From Strigamia acuminata (Eukaryota), in the NCBI GenBank assembly GCA_949358305.1, contig OX442314.1, positions 27,466,001 through 27,530,000 on the forward strand: a stretch of DNA of 64,000 nucleotides, in the 5' to 3' direction. The first letter of the stretch is position 1, and each line of letters opens with the position of its first letter. The notes beneath the pieces were generated by a model. It was given only the letters and a program-made list of their open reading frames with translations. It ran no database searches and was not told the origin of the DNA. Positions 1 to 11,861 of the stretch are shown here, piece by piece. The position numbers and the translations under genes are program-made.

Positions 1-1059
1 CCGTTTATAGGTCTTCTATCGGGTGGGTTAGCCGTTAAGTCGGTGTCTAGGGATTTGATCTCGAATAAAGGCTAGTTTAGTTATTTTAAATCAAACAGTT
101 AATCAATTTATTGAGCGTTAATTACAGGTTCAATTGAAGTGAATGTTAATAAAATGGGTTCTATGAGGATAAGATCGTCGGCGTAGAAGGCGACGTGCTC
201 GAAGCAGCGCGGGACTCCTTCGGGCGGGAAAAAGCAGTGCAGAAATGGCGACACGTCGCCGCGCAAATTCTGCGAAGTGAGAAAGGAAGCGTGAAGCCGA
301 AAGACTTCACAAAGAGTGTCGGCTGTTAAGCCTGACAAGACGGGAAATCTTGGGTTAAACCCTAGATTGCAACGGGAGATTTCCGTTGGAGACAAGTAGT
401 CAAACGGCGGGTACCGCCGATCGTTAAAACCTGACTGGAGATCCGCTACAATCTGAATCGGAATCGTCGTCAACAGGTCGAGGAGCGGCGACGATGGCTC
501 TGCAATCCTCGGCGGCTGGCTGGCGTCGATCTTCAACGGCGTGGGCGCGTTGGTCTTCGGGCGGCGGCGGGAACGACGGTGGTTTGGGCCGTCGTGCGTC
601 GTCTTCGCAGCTCGGAAAGTGATTCGTTTGAACGTTGGTCCAAACAAATCGGGTTGAAACTTTGGCAAAACTCACGAGTCACGGACAAAACAGTGTTTTT
701 GGGTTGAACAAAGCTGTGTCGGTGTGAACGGTATGAGTGTGATGCAAAGAGTGAGTAATAATTCGAATTATTACTCGGAATATGGCCGGAAAACGGCCAG
801 TGCGCAGGCGTGGCGTGTGCCAAGGCACGCTTCAGCCCTAGCAACGGTGCAAAATTTGGGGATTGACTTAGCAACGCCCCAATCCAGGGCTCAAAATGCC
901 AGGGCAGCCGTTACAGCTTCTGGGCCAATTGCCCAAAAGCGCAACAGGTGCATGGCAAAAAACACAATTCTAATGATTATGGTTAAAATATAAATAATAT
1001 GTTAAAAACGTGGTAGAAAAACTTCTCCACAAATGAAGTGAACATTTGAGATCGCAACA
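1..1059 (-). repeat. 3' LTR of Gypsy-1 (partial)
   Basis: Matches 12002-13060; preceded on the minus strand by the polypurine tract TTGGGGGGAAG (1060-1070). Confidence 0.95.
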
Positions 1060-1314
1060 CTTCCCCCCAATTAACTTTTACAATTTTTTGTTTGTTTCTT
1101 AGTTAATTACAACAAGACCAGGTAATTTTCTTTTTTCAAATTTGACATAGATATTTTTTAATATTCGTTATATAATAATAGATACATGCATTAAAAGAAA
1201 ACATTGGTGATTAAATAATTAAACGAAAGGAATGTACATGAAAATAAACGTTCCCCGAAAAGACTTATTTTCGGAAACAACCAGATTTGTTGCTGTTTTC
1301 TGGCCGCAATCGGC

Positions 1315-3948
1315 CTACTCGGGTGTTTTCGGTGAAGGTAAGTCTATTGACATCATGTCCGTCTCGTCGGACAACGGATTTCCGCTCTCGTTAACATTGA
1401 TGAACGGTTGTCCCGTATTCGGCCCTGATGAAAGGCCGGGGTTAACGTGTATCCACACACTTCGGATAAGTCGGGATAAGGCGTCATCTCCAAACGCCAT
1501 CTCATAAAATTCTTGCGGGTTGGACGGGCGTCGGCGAGCTCGGATCAGCCGTTGGTGCAACATCCACGGCCTCTTCTTTCGTATTTTCCGCTCAAGCCAG
1601 TTGAAAACGTGGTGGCAAAGTTCCACATTGTGTTTGAGCAAAATCCTCGTATGCGGATGCATCTCGAGTCTTGGGTAAGTTCTTCGCAGCTTAATGTAGA
1701 TTGGGCTGCTTTCTTGCTTCTTGGTTTCGGCAGCTCCGGCCGCCGATTGAATCTGCATCTTCGGATCGTCTTTTCCGGGCGATGGTGTGGGTGCTCGGAT
1801 AGGCGAATGAACGCTCCTTGGTGGTGTTGGCGGGTTGGGCGCCGCAGCTGACTCGTCTGGACGTTTTACGTAACAAGATCGGCCCCCTGGCCGGAGGGTC
1901 AAAGCTCCGCGCGGTTTCGGTCGCGTTTTGGGTCGCGCCCCTGAATCGGTGTTTTCGACGTGCGTGAAAAACGTGGTTGAACTTGAGGTCGTAGCTCGAC
2001 CTCGACTCGGTCCAGGTCTCGGGTCGTCGAAATTTTCTATCTCCATAGGGACATGACCATTGGACGGTTCAGTCGTGGTTTGGGCAACAGCTCGGCTTTC
2101 GATTGCGGCAGCAGTTGGCGTGTAAGTGGCTTCTGGCGTCTTCCTTCTAGGCGTCTGATCCCTCGGCGGCATTCCTGCCGGTCGAATTGTTTTCAGCTCT
2201 TGCTGGAACGTGATCTTGCGCATGTCCCACTCGCGTCGGAGACGAATGGCCGATGCGGCCGGATTTTCCCCAATGACGGCGACTTGGCGCATCAATTCGC
2301 TGCACATGGTGGGCGGATCCAATTGGATGGACCGCCAACAATCTAGAAATTCTGGTTTAACGGCCATGGCGGCCGTTCTTAGGCACGTGGTGGCAGCGAA
2401 GCCTGGCCTTGGGCTGTCGAACACCCCGGGAAACAAAATTCTCCGATAACTCGGCACAAGCTGTCGCTGTAACTCGTTCAAACGTGGGTCGTCGGGTCCC
2501 GTCGGCTCCATTCGGTTTAGTAAGCCGGCGACACGACGACTACCTTTCAAACTCTCGGTGACTTGAGCTATTTGGTATAAATCCATATCAGACAACTCAA
2601 TCTCCTGAGTCTCTAACGGCGCTTCGCAGAACCCCTGCCACATGGCGTCGTAATGCTGATCGAATCCCTTTTTCAGAATTTGGGATACCATTCCGAATTT
2701 TCTCGTGGGCAATCGAGGCTCTGGGAGACTTGGGTCCGGATTTATCGAATCCGTGTACTCTCTACACTCTACAGGAATCGGCCCTTCGATTGGCCGGTGG
2801 TTCGCCTGGTCATTCGAATTTTGTGCGTTTGGAAGACTCTTCCATTCACAGGCCGTGTTGTCGGCCATCGCGGGGGGTGAAATTCTGTAGCTTCGGTCTA
2901 CGATGTGGACTTCTGCGGAACTTCCTCCCTCCAAGGCGGACACTGACGTTGGTGTATTTAACATCAAAGTCTCATTAGATCCTATCGTTGGTTCTTCTGC
3001 ATCAGGCGATTGGAAACAGGCATCCCAATCGGCTTGCTGTTGTTCCAACGCTGCTTTCTTGCGAAGGGTGACTTGCATGGAATGCTCTTCGACTTCGCGA
3101 TCCCATCTGCCAGGTACTTCGTCGTCCTTGGGCGGTGGTGGCATCAGGGCCAAACGTTCGCGCTCTAACTTTTCACGGTTTTGTCGGCCTGCACGATGCT
3201 TGAGTCGGCCGTTGGCACGAAGCAATTCTGGTCTGGTTCCTGGGCGAGCGACGTATGGATCCACTCCTCCAGGGTATCGGCAAGCCGCGTCCCATCGTGA
3301 GACTCTGGCTTCCGAAACATTATCAACGGCTCTTGAAGCCGTATTGTGGTGATTGCCACAGGTCATCTTGGCACGTGGTTCGTTTGATGCAACTGAACTC
3401 GATCGCTCTCGCTTATCATTGCGTCCTTGGTCGTGATATGCGTCTCTTTGACGTTCCCAGTCTCGGAATCGGGCACGAGCGTGGCCGAAATGTCCGGCCA
3501 TTCCCAGAATATGCATCTCATATTGGGAACTGGCGAGATCTGCCAAATCGTAATGTTTATGTCGATCGGCCCACCAGGCCTGCTCTTCTTGTAGCTTTCG
3601 CATAACTTCATCCTTCCGGGCCTTGAGTTTCTCCCAAATGGCATCCAAATAATCGTTCCTTTTGGCGTGTGGGATTCGGAAAAACCCGTAGAAGTCCGTG
3701 TCTTCCTCCTCCGTGGGAAAGAGCCAGCCAAAAAGCAATCTGGATCTCAACGGTGATGGCGGATCGATCCTTAGGTTCCAGGAAACGGGGTCGGCTACCA
3801 TTAGCCGTCCACAAATTCGGCATCTACAGCCCCAATGTGCGGCGATGGCATTTGAGAACTCTTGTCTCACATCTTCCCACGTCTGACCAAGTTGTCGTAA
3901 ACGTCGGACTTCGGCGGATAATTCGCCTCTAAAAATTCCTGTTACCAT
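1315..3948 (-). CDS. Extra ORF3 of Gypsy-1 (877 aa), unknown function, not Env-like
   Basis: Long uninterrupted sense ORF between pol and the PPT. HWGCRCRICG motif and Pro/Arg-rich segments; no evident signal peptide or TM helix. Confidence 0.75.
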   Translation of the reverse strand: MVTGIFRGELSAEVRRLRQLGQTWEDVRQEFSNAIAAHWGCRCRICGRLMVADPVSWNLRIDPPSPLRSRLLFGWLFPTEEEDTDFYGFFRIPHAKRNDYLDAIWEKLKARKDEVMRKLQEEQAWWADRHKHYDLADLASSQYEMHILGMAGHFGHARARFRDWERQRDAYHDQGRNDKRERSSSVASNEPRAKMTCGNHHNTASRAVDNVSEARVSRWDAACRYPGGVDPYVARPGTRPELLRANGRLKHRAGRQNREKLERERLALMPPPPKDDEVPGRWDREVEEHSMQVTLRKKAALEQQQADWDACFQSPDAEEPTIGSNETLMLNTPTSVSALEGGSSAEVHIVDRSYRISPPAMADNTACEWKSLPNAQNSNDQANHRPIEGPIPVECREYTDSINPDPSLPEPRLPTRKFGMVSQILKKGFDQHYDAMWQGFCEAPLETQEIELSDMDLYQIAQVTESLKGSRRVAGLLNRMEPTGPDDPRLNELQRQLVPSYRRILFPGVFDSPRPGFAATTCLRTAAMAVKPEFLDCWRSIQLDPPTMCSELMRQVAVIGENPAASAIRLRREWDMRKITFQQELKTIRPAGMPPRDQTPRRKTPEATYTPTAAAIESRAVAQTTTEPSNGHVPMEIENFDDPRPGPSRGRATTSSSTTFFTHVENTDSGARPKTRPKPRGALTLRPGGRSCYVKRPDESAAAPNPPTPPRSVHSPIRAPTPSPGKDDPKMQIQSAAGAAETKKQESSPIYIKLRRTYPRLEMHPHTRILLKHNVELCHHVFNWLERKIRKKRPWMLHQRLIRARRRPSNPQEFYEMAFGDDALSRLIRSVWIHVNPGLSSGPNTGQPFINVNESGNPLSDETDMMSIDLPSPKTPE

Positions 3949-4270
3949 GGGTACGTAATCTGGTAATTCGTACGGTTGATTGATTGCGTTTAAAATCTAC
4001 AGAAACGTTTGAAAGTTTTAATTATTAACTGGTAAATATTATTTGGTTTAAATATTTTCTAGCAAAAGGCAATTGAGCGCCGTCGTCATGGCAACTCCCT
4101 CACAACGCTTACTAGCCGTCGGGCGAAGTCACATGATCATAAAAAATGGCGCCATTTAAAATTTGTTAAGTGATTTTTTGAACTGACAAAGTTTTTCTTG
4201 AATTTTTTCGGCCTTTTTAGCCAACTTTCGTGATAGAAAAGTGGAACGTAACTACGTGAAATTCAACGAG

Positions 4271-4585
4271 CTATTCGTTTAACATACTTTTAATACGATC
4301 TGACTCAGTTTTTACGAACTTTCGGTATTTTTCGAGCGTCCGTCGGGCTTGATTATAAATTCGTTTGTCAGCCGATTTCAACATTTCAACGGCTTTTTTA
4401 ATTTTTTCAATGGCGATATTCACCTGATTTTGCAGATCGAACTCTTCATTTAACATTTCGTCGGGTGGATTCATCACGAGATTTCTTTCGGGCTCCGAGT
4501 CCGAATCAATGTTGGGCGGTCCTTCGCCACCTTCGGCCATGATTCTGTGAATGGGCCGTTCGTTTTTCATGACAAATCTAATCAT
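4271..4585 (-). CDS. Small acidic/coiled-coil ORF between pol and ORF3
   Basis: 104-aa sense ORF with a helical charged C-terminal half. Confidence 0.35.
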   Translation of the reverse strand: MIRFVMKNERPIHRIMAEGGEGPPNIDSDSEPERNLVMNPPDEMLNEEFDLQNQVNIAIEKIKKAVEMLKSADKRIYNQARRTLEKYRKFVKTESDRIKSMLNE

Positions 4586-4753
4586 TTCAAACTAACTGTT
4601 TCACTTACGAAGTTGAATCTATTCTTTTCCTTCGTTAATCGGCGGATCGTCCCAATCAGTGTGTTGTCGGAGTGGTTTCACTTTGGAAAGTAACAGATTT
4701 TTGCAAAGTCCCCCAACTTGATGCTGATTGGTCGCCGTATGAACTACGTCATT

Positions 4754-7700
4754 TTAATTACTATTTTTAGAATGATGTGACATCATTATGTCTCCATCAC
4801 TCACTAGAGTACTGTCTTGTCGTTCGCGTTCTGCGCAGAATCGACTAGTTACTCTCTGTTTTGGTGATTTCCGGCTTCTCAAGTTATATTTTTTAGCCGT
4901 TTTTTCAGTATTTTTGTCACCATCTGAATTTTTTGGTACTACTGGGTGTAGCATGGATCTTCGCTTTGCTTTTTTCGGCTTTGTGGCCGGTTCCAGCGTG
5001 GTTTGTAGGTCATCCTGGGCTATTTGAATGTTCTCAAAACTAATCGCCACGTGTTCAACTTCGTCATCGGAATTTGGCAGCGACGGTAACGTTTGTACTT
5101 CGTCTTCAACTAATGTATTAATTTTATTTTCAGTGGGTTGTCCCACCACCTCTCCCCTCCGCCAAATTTCCTGAGTAAATTGAGGGAAATATGGTGTAAG
5201 TTCGGATGCGTGGATAGACGGGAATTTTGCATTATCTTCCAAGCGCTTTAATTCAAAGGCATTGCCTTGATGTGCACGAATAATGGCAAAAGGTCCGGTT
5301 CGGCGATCAGCGATCCCTGCTGAAATTCCTTTAACGGCGCTGGATAATACGTGTGCATTTTTCCAGACTAAGTCGTTTACTTTGAAATTATCGAACTTCT
5401 TTTCTGATTGGTGATCTTGTACTCTTTTTTGTAGATCAAATACATGTGACATCATGTGTTGATATGTGCTTGCGAGCACTTTCTCCAGTTGATGAATGTA
5501 AATATGAGGATTTTTTGGGTCCACGACAAGAACTTCATCTGGCAAGCGCGGATCCCACGGCACTCTCAATTCTCTGCCGAAATTTAAATAAGCCGGTGAG
5601 AATTCTCTTCCGGCTGCGACCGTAGTTCGCAGACTAAAGGCAAATTCTCGTAAATATTCATCCCAACGGGTGTGAACATCAGTGTATAAAGCAATCAAAT
5701 ATTTAATATCTCTGTTGGTTCTTTCAACAGGATTCGCCTGAGGATGGTACGGCGAAGTATAAGCCGGTAACATTTTGAATTTCTCGCAAAACTTCTGGTA
5801 TACTTGCGATCTAAATTGCGAGCCATTATCAGACAGTATTTTGCGTGGAAAGCCAAATTGCAGTGATAAATTATAAATACAATCAGCTATTTTAGCCGAA
5901 GTTGGTTTCGACATTGGCCGCATCTCTGGCCATTTTGTAGCGACATCGATTATAACGAGTATGTGAGTGTTACCTCGTGGAGTTTTTGGTTTTGGCCCCA
6001 TGAGATCAGCACTCAAGCAATCAAAGGGAGCATATGGACCCATTTGAGCTGCTTCAATTTCTAATTTTTGCCTTGGCTTGCAAGCCTGGCAGCGTTGACA
6101 ATGTTTGATAAAGCGAGTAATATCTCGTTTCATCGTCGGCCATGCGTAGATTCTTCTAGCTCGATACATCGTTCGAGTAATACCACTGTGTCCAGACAAC
6201 GGGTGTCCGTGAGCTGTCTAGATGACTCTGTAAACGAGATTTTCCGGTACAACCACTTTCAACGCTCTTCCGTTTTCTCCTAACTCGTCGGTGAGAGTTG
6301 GATGGAATTTCAGAAGTAAATCTTCTTCAATTAGATAAGCGGACGCCTTTCGTTTAAAACGTCTCTTGCTCATCGCGTGCTTAAGTTCAGGAGGGTAACA
6401 GCCATTGAGCAGGAAATTTCGAATTTTTTGACATTCTTTATCTTGTTTTTGCCCAACAATAATTTCTTCTCTTGTAGGTGGCTCACATTCTAATTTCTTC
6501 ACAACGTTGGCTGCAAAAGTGTGGACGAGGACATTTGATGACGGGAATTCAAACTCTTGAGTCATCATGAGATGAATTTTTTCATCGGATTCAACATTAG
6601 GAGGATCATAAGCATGCGACCAAAAATTGATTATTCTCTCGTCTTCAACAACTTCCGATGTGGGAAGCTGATTTGGTCCCCCCAGCTTCCAGTGTCGATA
6701 TGGCGATGGACAATACGCCAATAAATCGTCATCTTCACCGTCTACGTTGTCTTCTTCGGGCGTGCAGACAGGAGCTCGAGACAAAGCATCGGCCAACACG
6801 TTTAACGGCCCTTTAATATACTGGATTTCAAATGTATACGCCATTAATTCGAGTTGCCATCGCGCCAGACGTCCTGCCGGTTCTTCCAGAGACATTAGCC
6901 ATTTCAAGGCCTGATGATCCGTTTGAACGGTGAATTTGGTAAATTCGATGTAAGGGCGATATTTTCTCAGCGCCCAAACAACGGCCAAACACTCTAATTC
7001 AGTAGCTGTGTAATTTACTTCAGCCGGCTGCAAGCTACGGCTTGAATAAACGCACGGTAGTTCTTCTTGTCCACCTTTTTCAGGCTGGATTTGCATTAAT
7101 GCGGCGCCCAATCCTTGACGACTGGCGTCCGTATGAATTATGAAAGGTCGATACAGATCTGGCATGGCCATGGTTCCCGAATCTGTGAGGGCCTTCTTAA
7201 TTTTTTCAAAAGACTCTTGATGACTGGGTTGCCAATTGAAATCCATATCCTTTTTTAATAAAGGCCTCAGTGGCTCTGCCATGACCGATAAATTTTTTAG
7301 AAGTCGATGGAAAAAGTTAACCATCCCCAAAAAACGCTGAAGTTCTTTTAAATTAGTTGGGGTTGGGAATTTCGTAATTGCATCCAACTTCTTGGGGTCA
7401 ACGGCGAGTCCGCCGGTTCCTAATTTGTACCCAAGAAAAATCAATTCTTTTCTGCAGAATTTCGACTTATCCGGGTTGACGCACAAATTAGCTTGCTCTA
7501 ATTTTCCTAAAATTTTATCGACATTGATTAAATGTTCTTCATATGTTTTCGAAACAGTTATGATATCGTCTAGGTACGCCCAAGCTTGTCGCCTATACAT
7601 TTCATCGAGGACCTTCTCAATTAAACGTTGGAAACTAGTCGGCGCATTTTTCAGTCCAAATGCCATAACTAAAAACATCAATCGGCCTATAGGGCTCCAA

Positions 7701-9181
7701 AAAGCCGTTTTCGGCTGTGCAGACGGGGTTAAACCTATCTGCCAGTAGCCTTTTGTCAAGTCGATCGTGGTGACCCACTCAAATGAACCAATTTCTCTTA
7801 AAATTTCTTCGATTGTCGGCATCTGAGGAGGATCATATTCTGTATGCTCGTTTAATGGCCGGTAATCTACACAGAGGCGTGGTTCGGCCCCCGGTTTGAC
7901 CACTAAAACAATTCGCATGGCATAATCTCCAGTGGCAGGCACAGCGATTCCCTTGTCCACCATATCCTGACAGATTTGCCGAATTATTTCCCTTTTCTGA
8001 GGGTTATAACTTTTAAATGGTACCCTTATAGGTTTATCAGTTGTCAGCTTGATATCGTGCTGCACTATGTGTGTACGGCCAGGAACTCTTGATAGAATTC
8101 TCTGTCGTCTCTTTAATATTTCCGCCAATGAGAGTGCTTGCTCCAATGTTAGATTGGCATCATTCACCATTTTGGTGATATCATCTCCCATTTTCAGAGT
8201 AGCTGCACCAGCCAAAATTCCTTCATGACATACAAATGTAGCATTGTCTGGCGGTAATTCTTCAATTTTGGTTTTATATCTGTCCAAAACTGACTGCGGT
8301 ATATATGGTAGAGTTTCGGTCAATGGAGTAATAAAATTCCATGACAGCGTCTTCGGATTCGGCTGTATACTTAGCCGCTTCATGAAATCATTTCCCAATA
8401 AAATCATCGGGAAACGGTGTTCGATAACTATGAAAGGATGCACAAGGACTCCATGTGTCCATCGAAATGATAACAACAGGGTTCCGACTGGTTGAATATC
8501 TTTGCCAGCCGTTCCGATACAGAGACCTGGTGAGATGTACCGTAATTCTTTTTCCAATTTCAGATTTTCCATTACCGAAGCCGCCATAAAGCTTCTATTG
8601 GCTCCAGAATCTAACAATCCAGTAATTGGTCCTTTCATGGTTTGTAGTTGTATTTTCGGAATTCCCGTAAAATCTTCCATGTTCAAATTGCAGGTGACTC
8701 TACGTATCCGATGTTCTAATGCAGGATAATCAATAGGTAGTTCGTCCATTTCATCGTTATAGGATAGAACGACTTTTTCCATAGGTCTAGTCATTTCTTC
8801 AATTTCATCGACCTCTTTTGACCTGGGACGGAATTTTTCCCAAAGTTTATCCATCCAATTTTTACTTGGTTTGGGATAGCACTGTAGCGCTTTCCTAACG
8901 TGATATTGAAAGTATCGTTTGTCGGCCGTTTTTTCGGCCAAGACTTCGTTAAGTTTTGCAATGTCAACTTTAGGAAATCTCAGGTCACATGGCTTAAACT
9001 GAGCTACCATCAAATGTTTCTTGTCTACTGAATCCCAGTAGTCTAAATAGTTTTTGTCCAATGGTTCACGGTAATCATGGGTTACTTCCATCTTGGGACA
9101 AACGTCGACGTCTATCTCCTTAATTGTTTCCGAGGCAACGGGCGCGAGTTTCAGCGTATTCGCTGCCAAACCCGCGCTCAC
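4754..9181 (-). CDS. pol: Pol (protease-RT-RNase H-integrase) in the -1 frame to gag, with an in-frame TAG at 6218-6220
   Basis: LLDSGA protease, YLDD RT, TDAS/TDHQAL RNase H, H..H..CxxC and D-D-E (SDNG, VERTNR) integrase. ORFs 6218-9181 and 4754-6199 are in the same frame across one stop. Confidence 0.93.
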
Positions 9182-9190
9182 AAGTTTTTT
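9142..9190 (-). promoter_or_regulatory. -1 programmed ribosomal frameshift signal (gag/pol)
   Basis: A AAA AAC slippery heptamer in the gag frame (9190-9184), 6-nt spacer, then hairpin GCGCGGGTTT-GG-CAGCG-AATA-CGCTG-AAACTCGCGC. Confidence 0.85.
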
Positions 9191-11790
9191 CGGAGCAGTT
9201 CCCCCAACTTGCTGACAAGACCTTCTATCTCGGCAGCTACCGGACTTCTATCAGGACACTGATTGGACCAATGCCCCAACTTTCCACATCTATGGCACGG
9301 ATCGGTTTCCGGTGACTTGCGCCTAGGACCGTTTCCTGAAGTGGGCGACTTTGAACGAGGTTCTACGGCCTTTTTATCTGTAGCCGATTCCTTTTCAGTA
9401 TCCGGCATCACTTCGGGCTTGATGGGTAGCGGCAAAGGTGATTTTGATCGAGCATCTGTATTAAGGTTTGCTGTATTAAAAGTAACGTTTTTACCAACCA
9501 TTTTTGGTCTAAATTTATTCTCAGTGACATGCTTCGCGAGTAATACAATAGCATTCTCAACTAAAGGGTCTAGCCCTGGGTCGTCTTCTTCGACTACATC
9601 AGTGCTGTCTTCCGACAAGGCAAGATTCGCGTAAGCTCGAGAATTTTTGGGTAGTTTGTGGGGGTTCGGAGGTCCGGCACTTGTAGTTTTATCCGTCTTC
9701 TCCGCAAAGTAATCCCCTCGATCTCGGGGTTGCATTAAAGGAGCTTGTCCAAGCCTAGCTTCTTTCACATATTCTTTAATGCGTAACTGCCGTTTTTTAA
9801 TAGCTGCAGTCTCCTCCGGAGTCAAATATTCATTATACTTTTCTTCAATTCTCAGGTCATTATCCCTTAAGAATTGGGAGAGTTCTTTGAATGATCCGAC
9901 CGGCGGTGCATCAACATTTTGCAGAATACTTCGGGAATATGGTGTCATCGCCTTTCGAAATTTTCTGTCCACATCATGGTCAGTAGATGGCGTTGGTAAT
10001 GATGACAACAAATCTTCGGTTCGGCGGAGATAGGAACGAATGTCTTCTCCCGCTGATTGAGCTAAATTGTCCCATAATTGATAAATGTCTTCAGTGGGTT
10101 CAGCGTATTCTCGCATGAACGCTTCTACAAATTGATTCCAGTGCACGAATTCTCGTTCAACGAACCAATTTTCGGCGCGTGCCACCAATGATTTTGGGAC
10201 TAACTTCTCCAAAGTATCTTGAGGTGTTATACCATTTAGTCGAGCCATTCTGGTAATTTCTTCCAAAAAGGTTGATCCCATTTGGAATTCTCCATTAAAA
10301 CGATCAGGGACTAATCGATCCCATCGAATTGTTTTCACATCGGCAATTTTATGCCGCCACTTATCAGTGGTGTATTTTGCAATTTTGCGCTTCAAGTCGA
10401 ATTTACGTAACTCTGCCAGTCGTGTGGTTCGACTTGCTGACTGCGCTTGTTTTTGAAACATCGCGTCGATCTGTTCAGCGGTGTAATAACGTTCGTCGCT
10501 TGACTGAGATCTTCTTGATCTCGTCCTTGAACGACTCTTTCGCTCTTTCCGCGTCTCGGATCGAGTAGATTTTTCGCCTTCCGAAAGGGATTCGTCCTTC
10601 GACCCTCGTGGCGGAGGTACATCGTCATGGTTCCGACGTTCATCCCCCTTGTCACGATCTTCGGGATCTGGAGACGCACTTCGACTTCCAGGTTGGTCGT
10701 AATTATCGTAATTATCGTTGGACCGATGCGAATCGTTTTGTATCTTCATACGATTTCTCTCATCCATCATGGTCATGAGTTTGTCGCTATTAGTGAAAAT
10801 TTCGGCGTCTGAAGCGCCGTTCTTTTTGGAAGTAGGCCCTTCAGCATTGGAACATCTTCTTTTGCGCGACTGTCGCTCATCTTCACTTGATGATTGAGAC
10901 GATTCGTCGTTTGCAGCATCTCCTAGCCGCACGACTTTCTTTTTCACCTTGGCGGCAGGACTTTTCTGTTTAGAGGCGAATTCAGCAACACGTATTCGTT
11001 CTTGTTCCTCCTCAAATTCCTCTTGTTCTCTCAGCAGTTTGGCTCGCCGTAGCTCATCTTCAGTTTCTTGAGCTTTTTTGTCGGCGGCTGCCATTTGTCT
11101 GCGGAGTTCTTCATTAGATGATTCCTGTTGCTTTATGGAATCCCAAGCAATCTTCTGCTCTCTATTAAAGACTTCATTCTCTTTTTTAGACAAATGTTTC
11201 TTTCGAGCATCGAATTCCATGCGTTGGCGCTCCAGTTCGTCCGATTGTTTTTTCAGCTTTTCTTCACTGTGACGGTACTGAGCGTTTATTTCTCGCAAAG
11301 CTTGATTCGATTTTTCAGCAATTTCCTTGGCTTGAGACTCTAAGTTCATTTTTCGAGTAACAGCAGCCATCTGCTCGTTCATATGATCGACCAGGCGTTT
11401 TCTTTCATGATTAGACATTGCTTCGTAAATTTCCATAATCGTCATCTGATCAGTCACTTGTACCCCCTGGAGAATTGCTCGATCCAGAAGTTCCTTGTAA
11501 CCCACCGGTTGCGTGTCAGGAATCTCGATGGTGTCCAAATCCATGGAAGAATCGCCCCAGTTCGTTGGTCCAGTGGAAATCGCTACTTCGCGTTCTTCAC
11601 CGCCTGTTCCAACGTCCTTAGTCGTGGCACCCTCGGCGGCAACAGCGTCAATAGTTTCGGCCAAATGTTGAGCCGTTAGACTATTACGTGCCGTTCGAGG
11701 ACGACCCGATCTACGGCGCTTAGCGCCCGTTTTCGTACGAGTCTGTACTCCTTCATCATCAATAGGAATTTCTCCTTCTGAGTTAGACAT
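9178..11790 (-). CDS. gag: Gag (870 aa)
   Basis: Coiled-coil N-terminus, capsid-like region (RAENWF...F..EY), C-terminal CCHC knuckle CHRCGKLGHWSNQC. Confidence 0.92.
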   Translation of the reverse strand: MSNSEGEIPIDDEGVQTRTKTGAKRRRSGRPRTARNSLTAQHLAETIDAVAAEGATTKDVGTGGEEREVAISTGPTNWGDSSMDLDTIEIPDTQPVGYKELLDRAILQGVQVTDQMTIMEIYEAMSNHERKRLVDHMNEQMAAVTRKMNLESQAKEIAEKSNQALREINAQYRHSEEKLKKQSDELERQRMEFDARKKHLSKKENEVFNREQKIAWDSIKQQESSNEELRRQMAAADKKAQETEDELRRAKLLREQEEFEEEQERIRVAEFASKQKSPAAKVKKKVVRLGDAANDESSQSSSEDERQSRKRRCSNAEGPTSKKNGASDAEIFTNSDKLMTMMDERNRMKIQNDSHRSNDNYDNYDQPGSRSASPDPEDRDKGDERRNHDDVPPPRGSKDESLSEGEKSTRSETRKERKSRSRTRSRRSQSSDERYYTAEQIDAMFQKQAQSASRTTRLAELRKFDLKRKIAKYTTDKWRHKIADVKTIRWDRLVPDRFNGEFQMGSTFLEEITRMARLNGITPQDTLEKLVPKSLVARAENWFVEREFVHWNQFVEAFMREYAEPTEDIYQLWDNLAQSAGEDIRSYLRRTEDLLSSLPTPSTDHDVDRKFRKAMTPYSRSILQNVDAPPVGSFKELSQFLRDNDLRIEEKYNEYLTPEETAAIKKRQLRIKEYVKEARLGQAPLMQPRDRGDYFAEKTDKTTSAGPPNPHKLPKNSRAYANLALSEDSTDVVEEDDPGLDPLVENAIVLLAKHVTENKFRPKMVGKNVTFNTANLNTDARSKSPLPLPIKPEVMPDTEKESATDKKAVEPRSKSPTSGNGPRRKSPETDPCHRCGKLGHWSNQCPDRSPVAAEIEGLVSKLGELLRKNL

Positions 11791-11861
11791 ACTGAGTTAG
11801 ACAGATAAGAGAGAAAGATGATAGGAAAGTAGGAATAAATTCTAAGTTTAAACAATTGGTT

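Noticed and set aside
108..668. 186-aa ORF in the LTR (also 12109-12669)
   Set aside because: Starts at TTG with no recognisable motif; duplicated only because the LTRs are identical.
1315..3948. env gene call for ORF3
   Set aside because: No signal peptide, fusion-peptide pattern or C-terminal TM seen.
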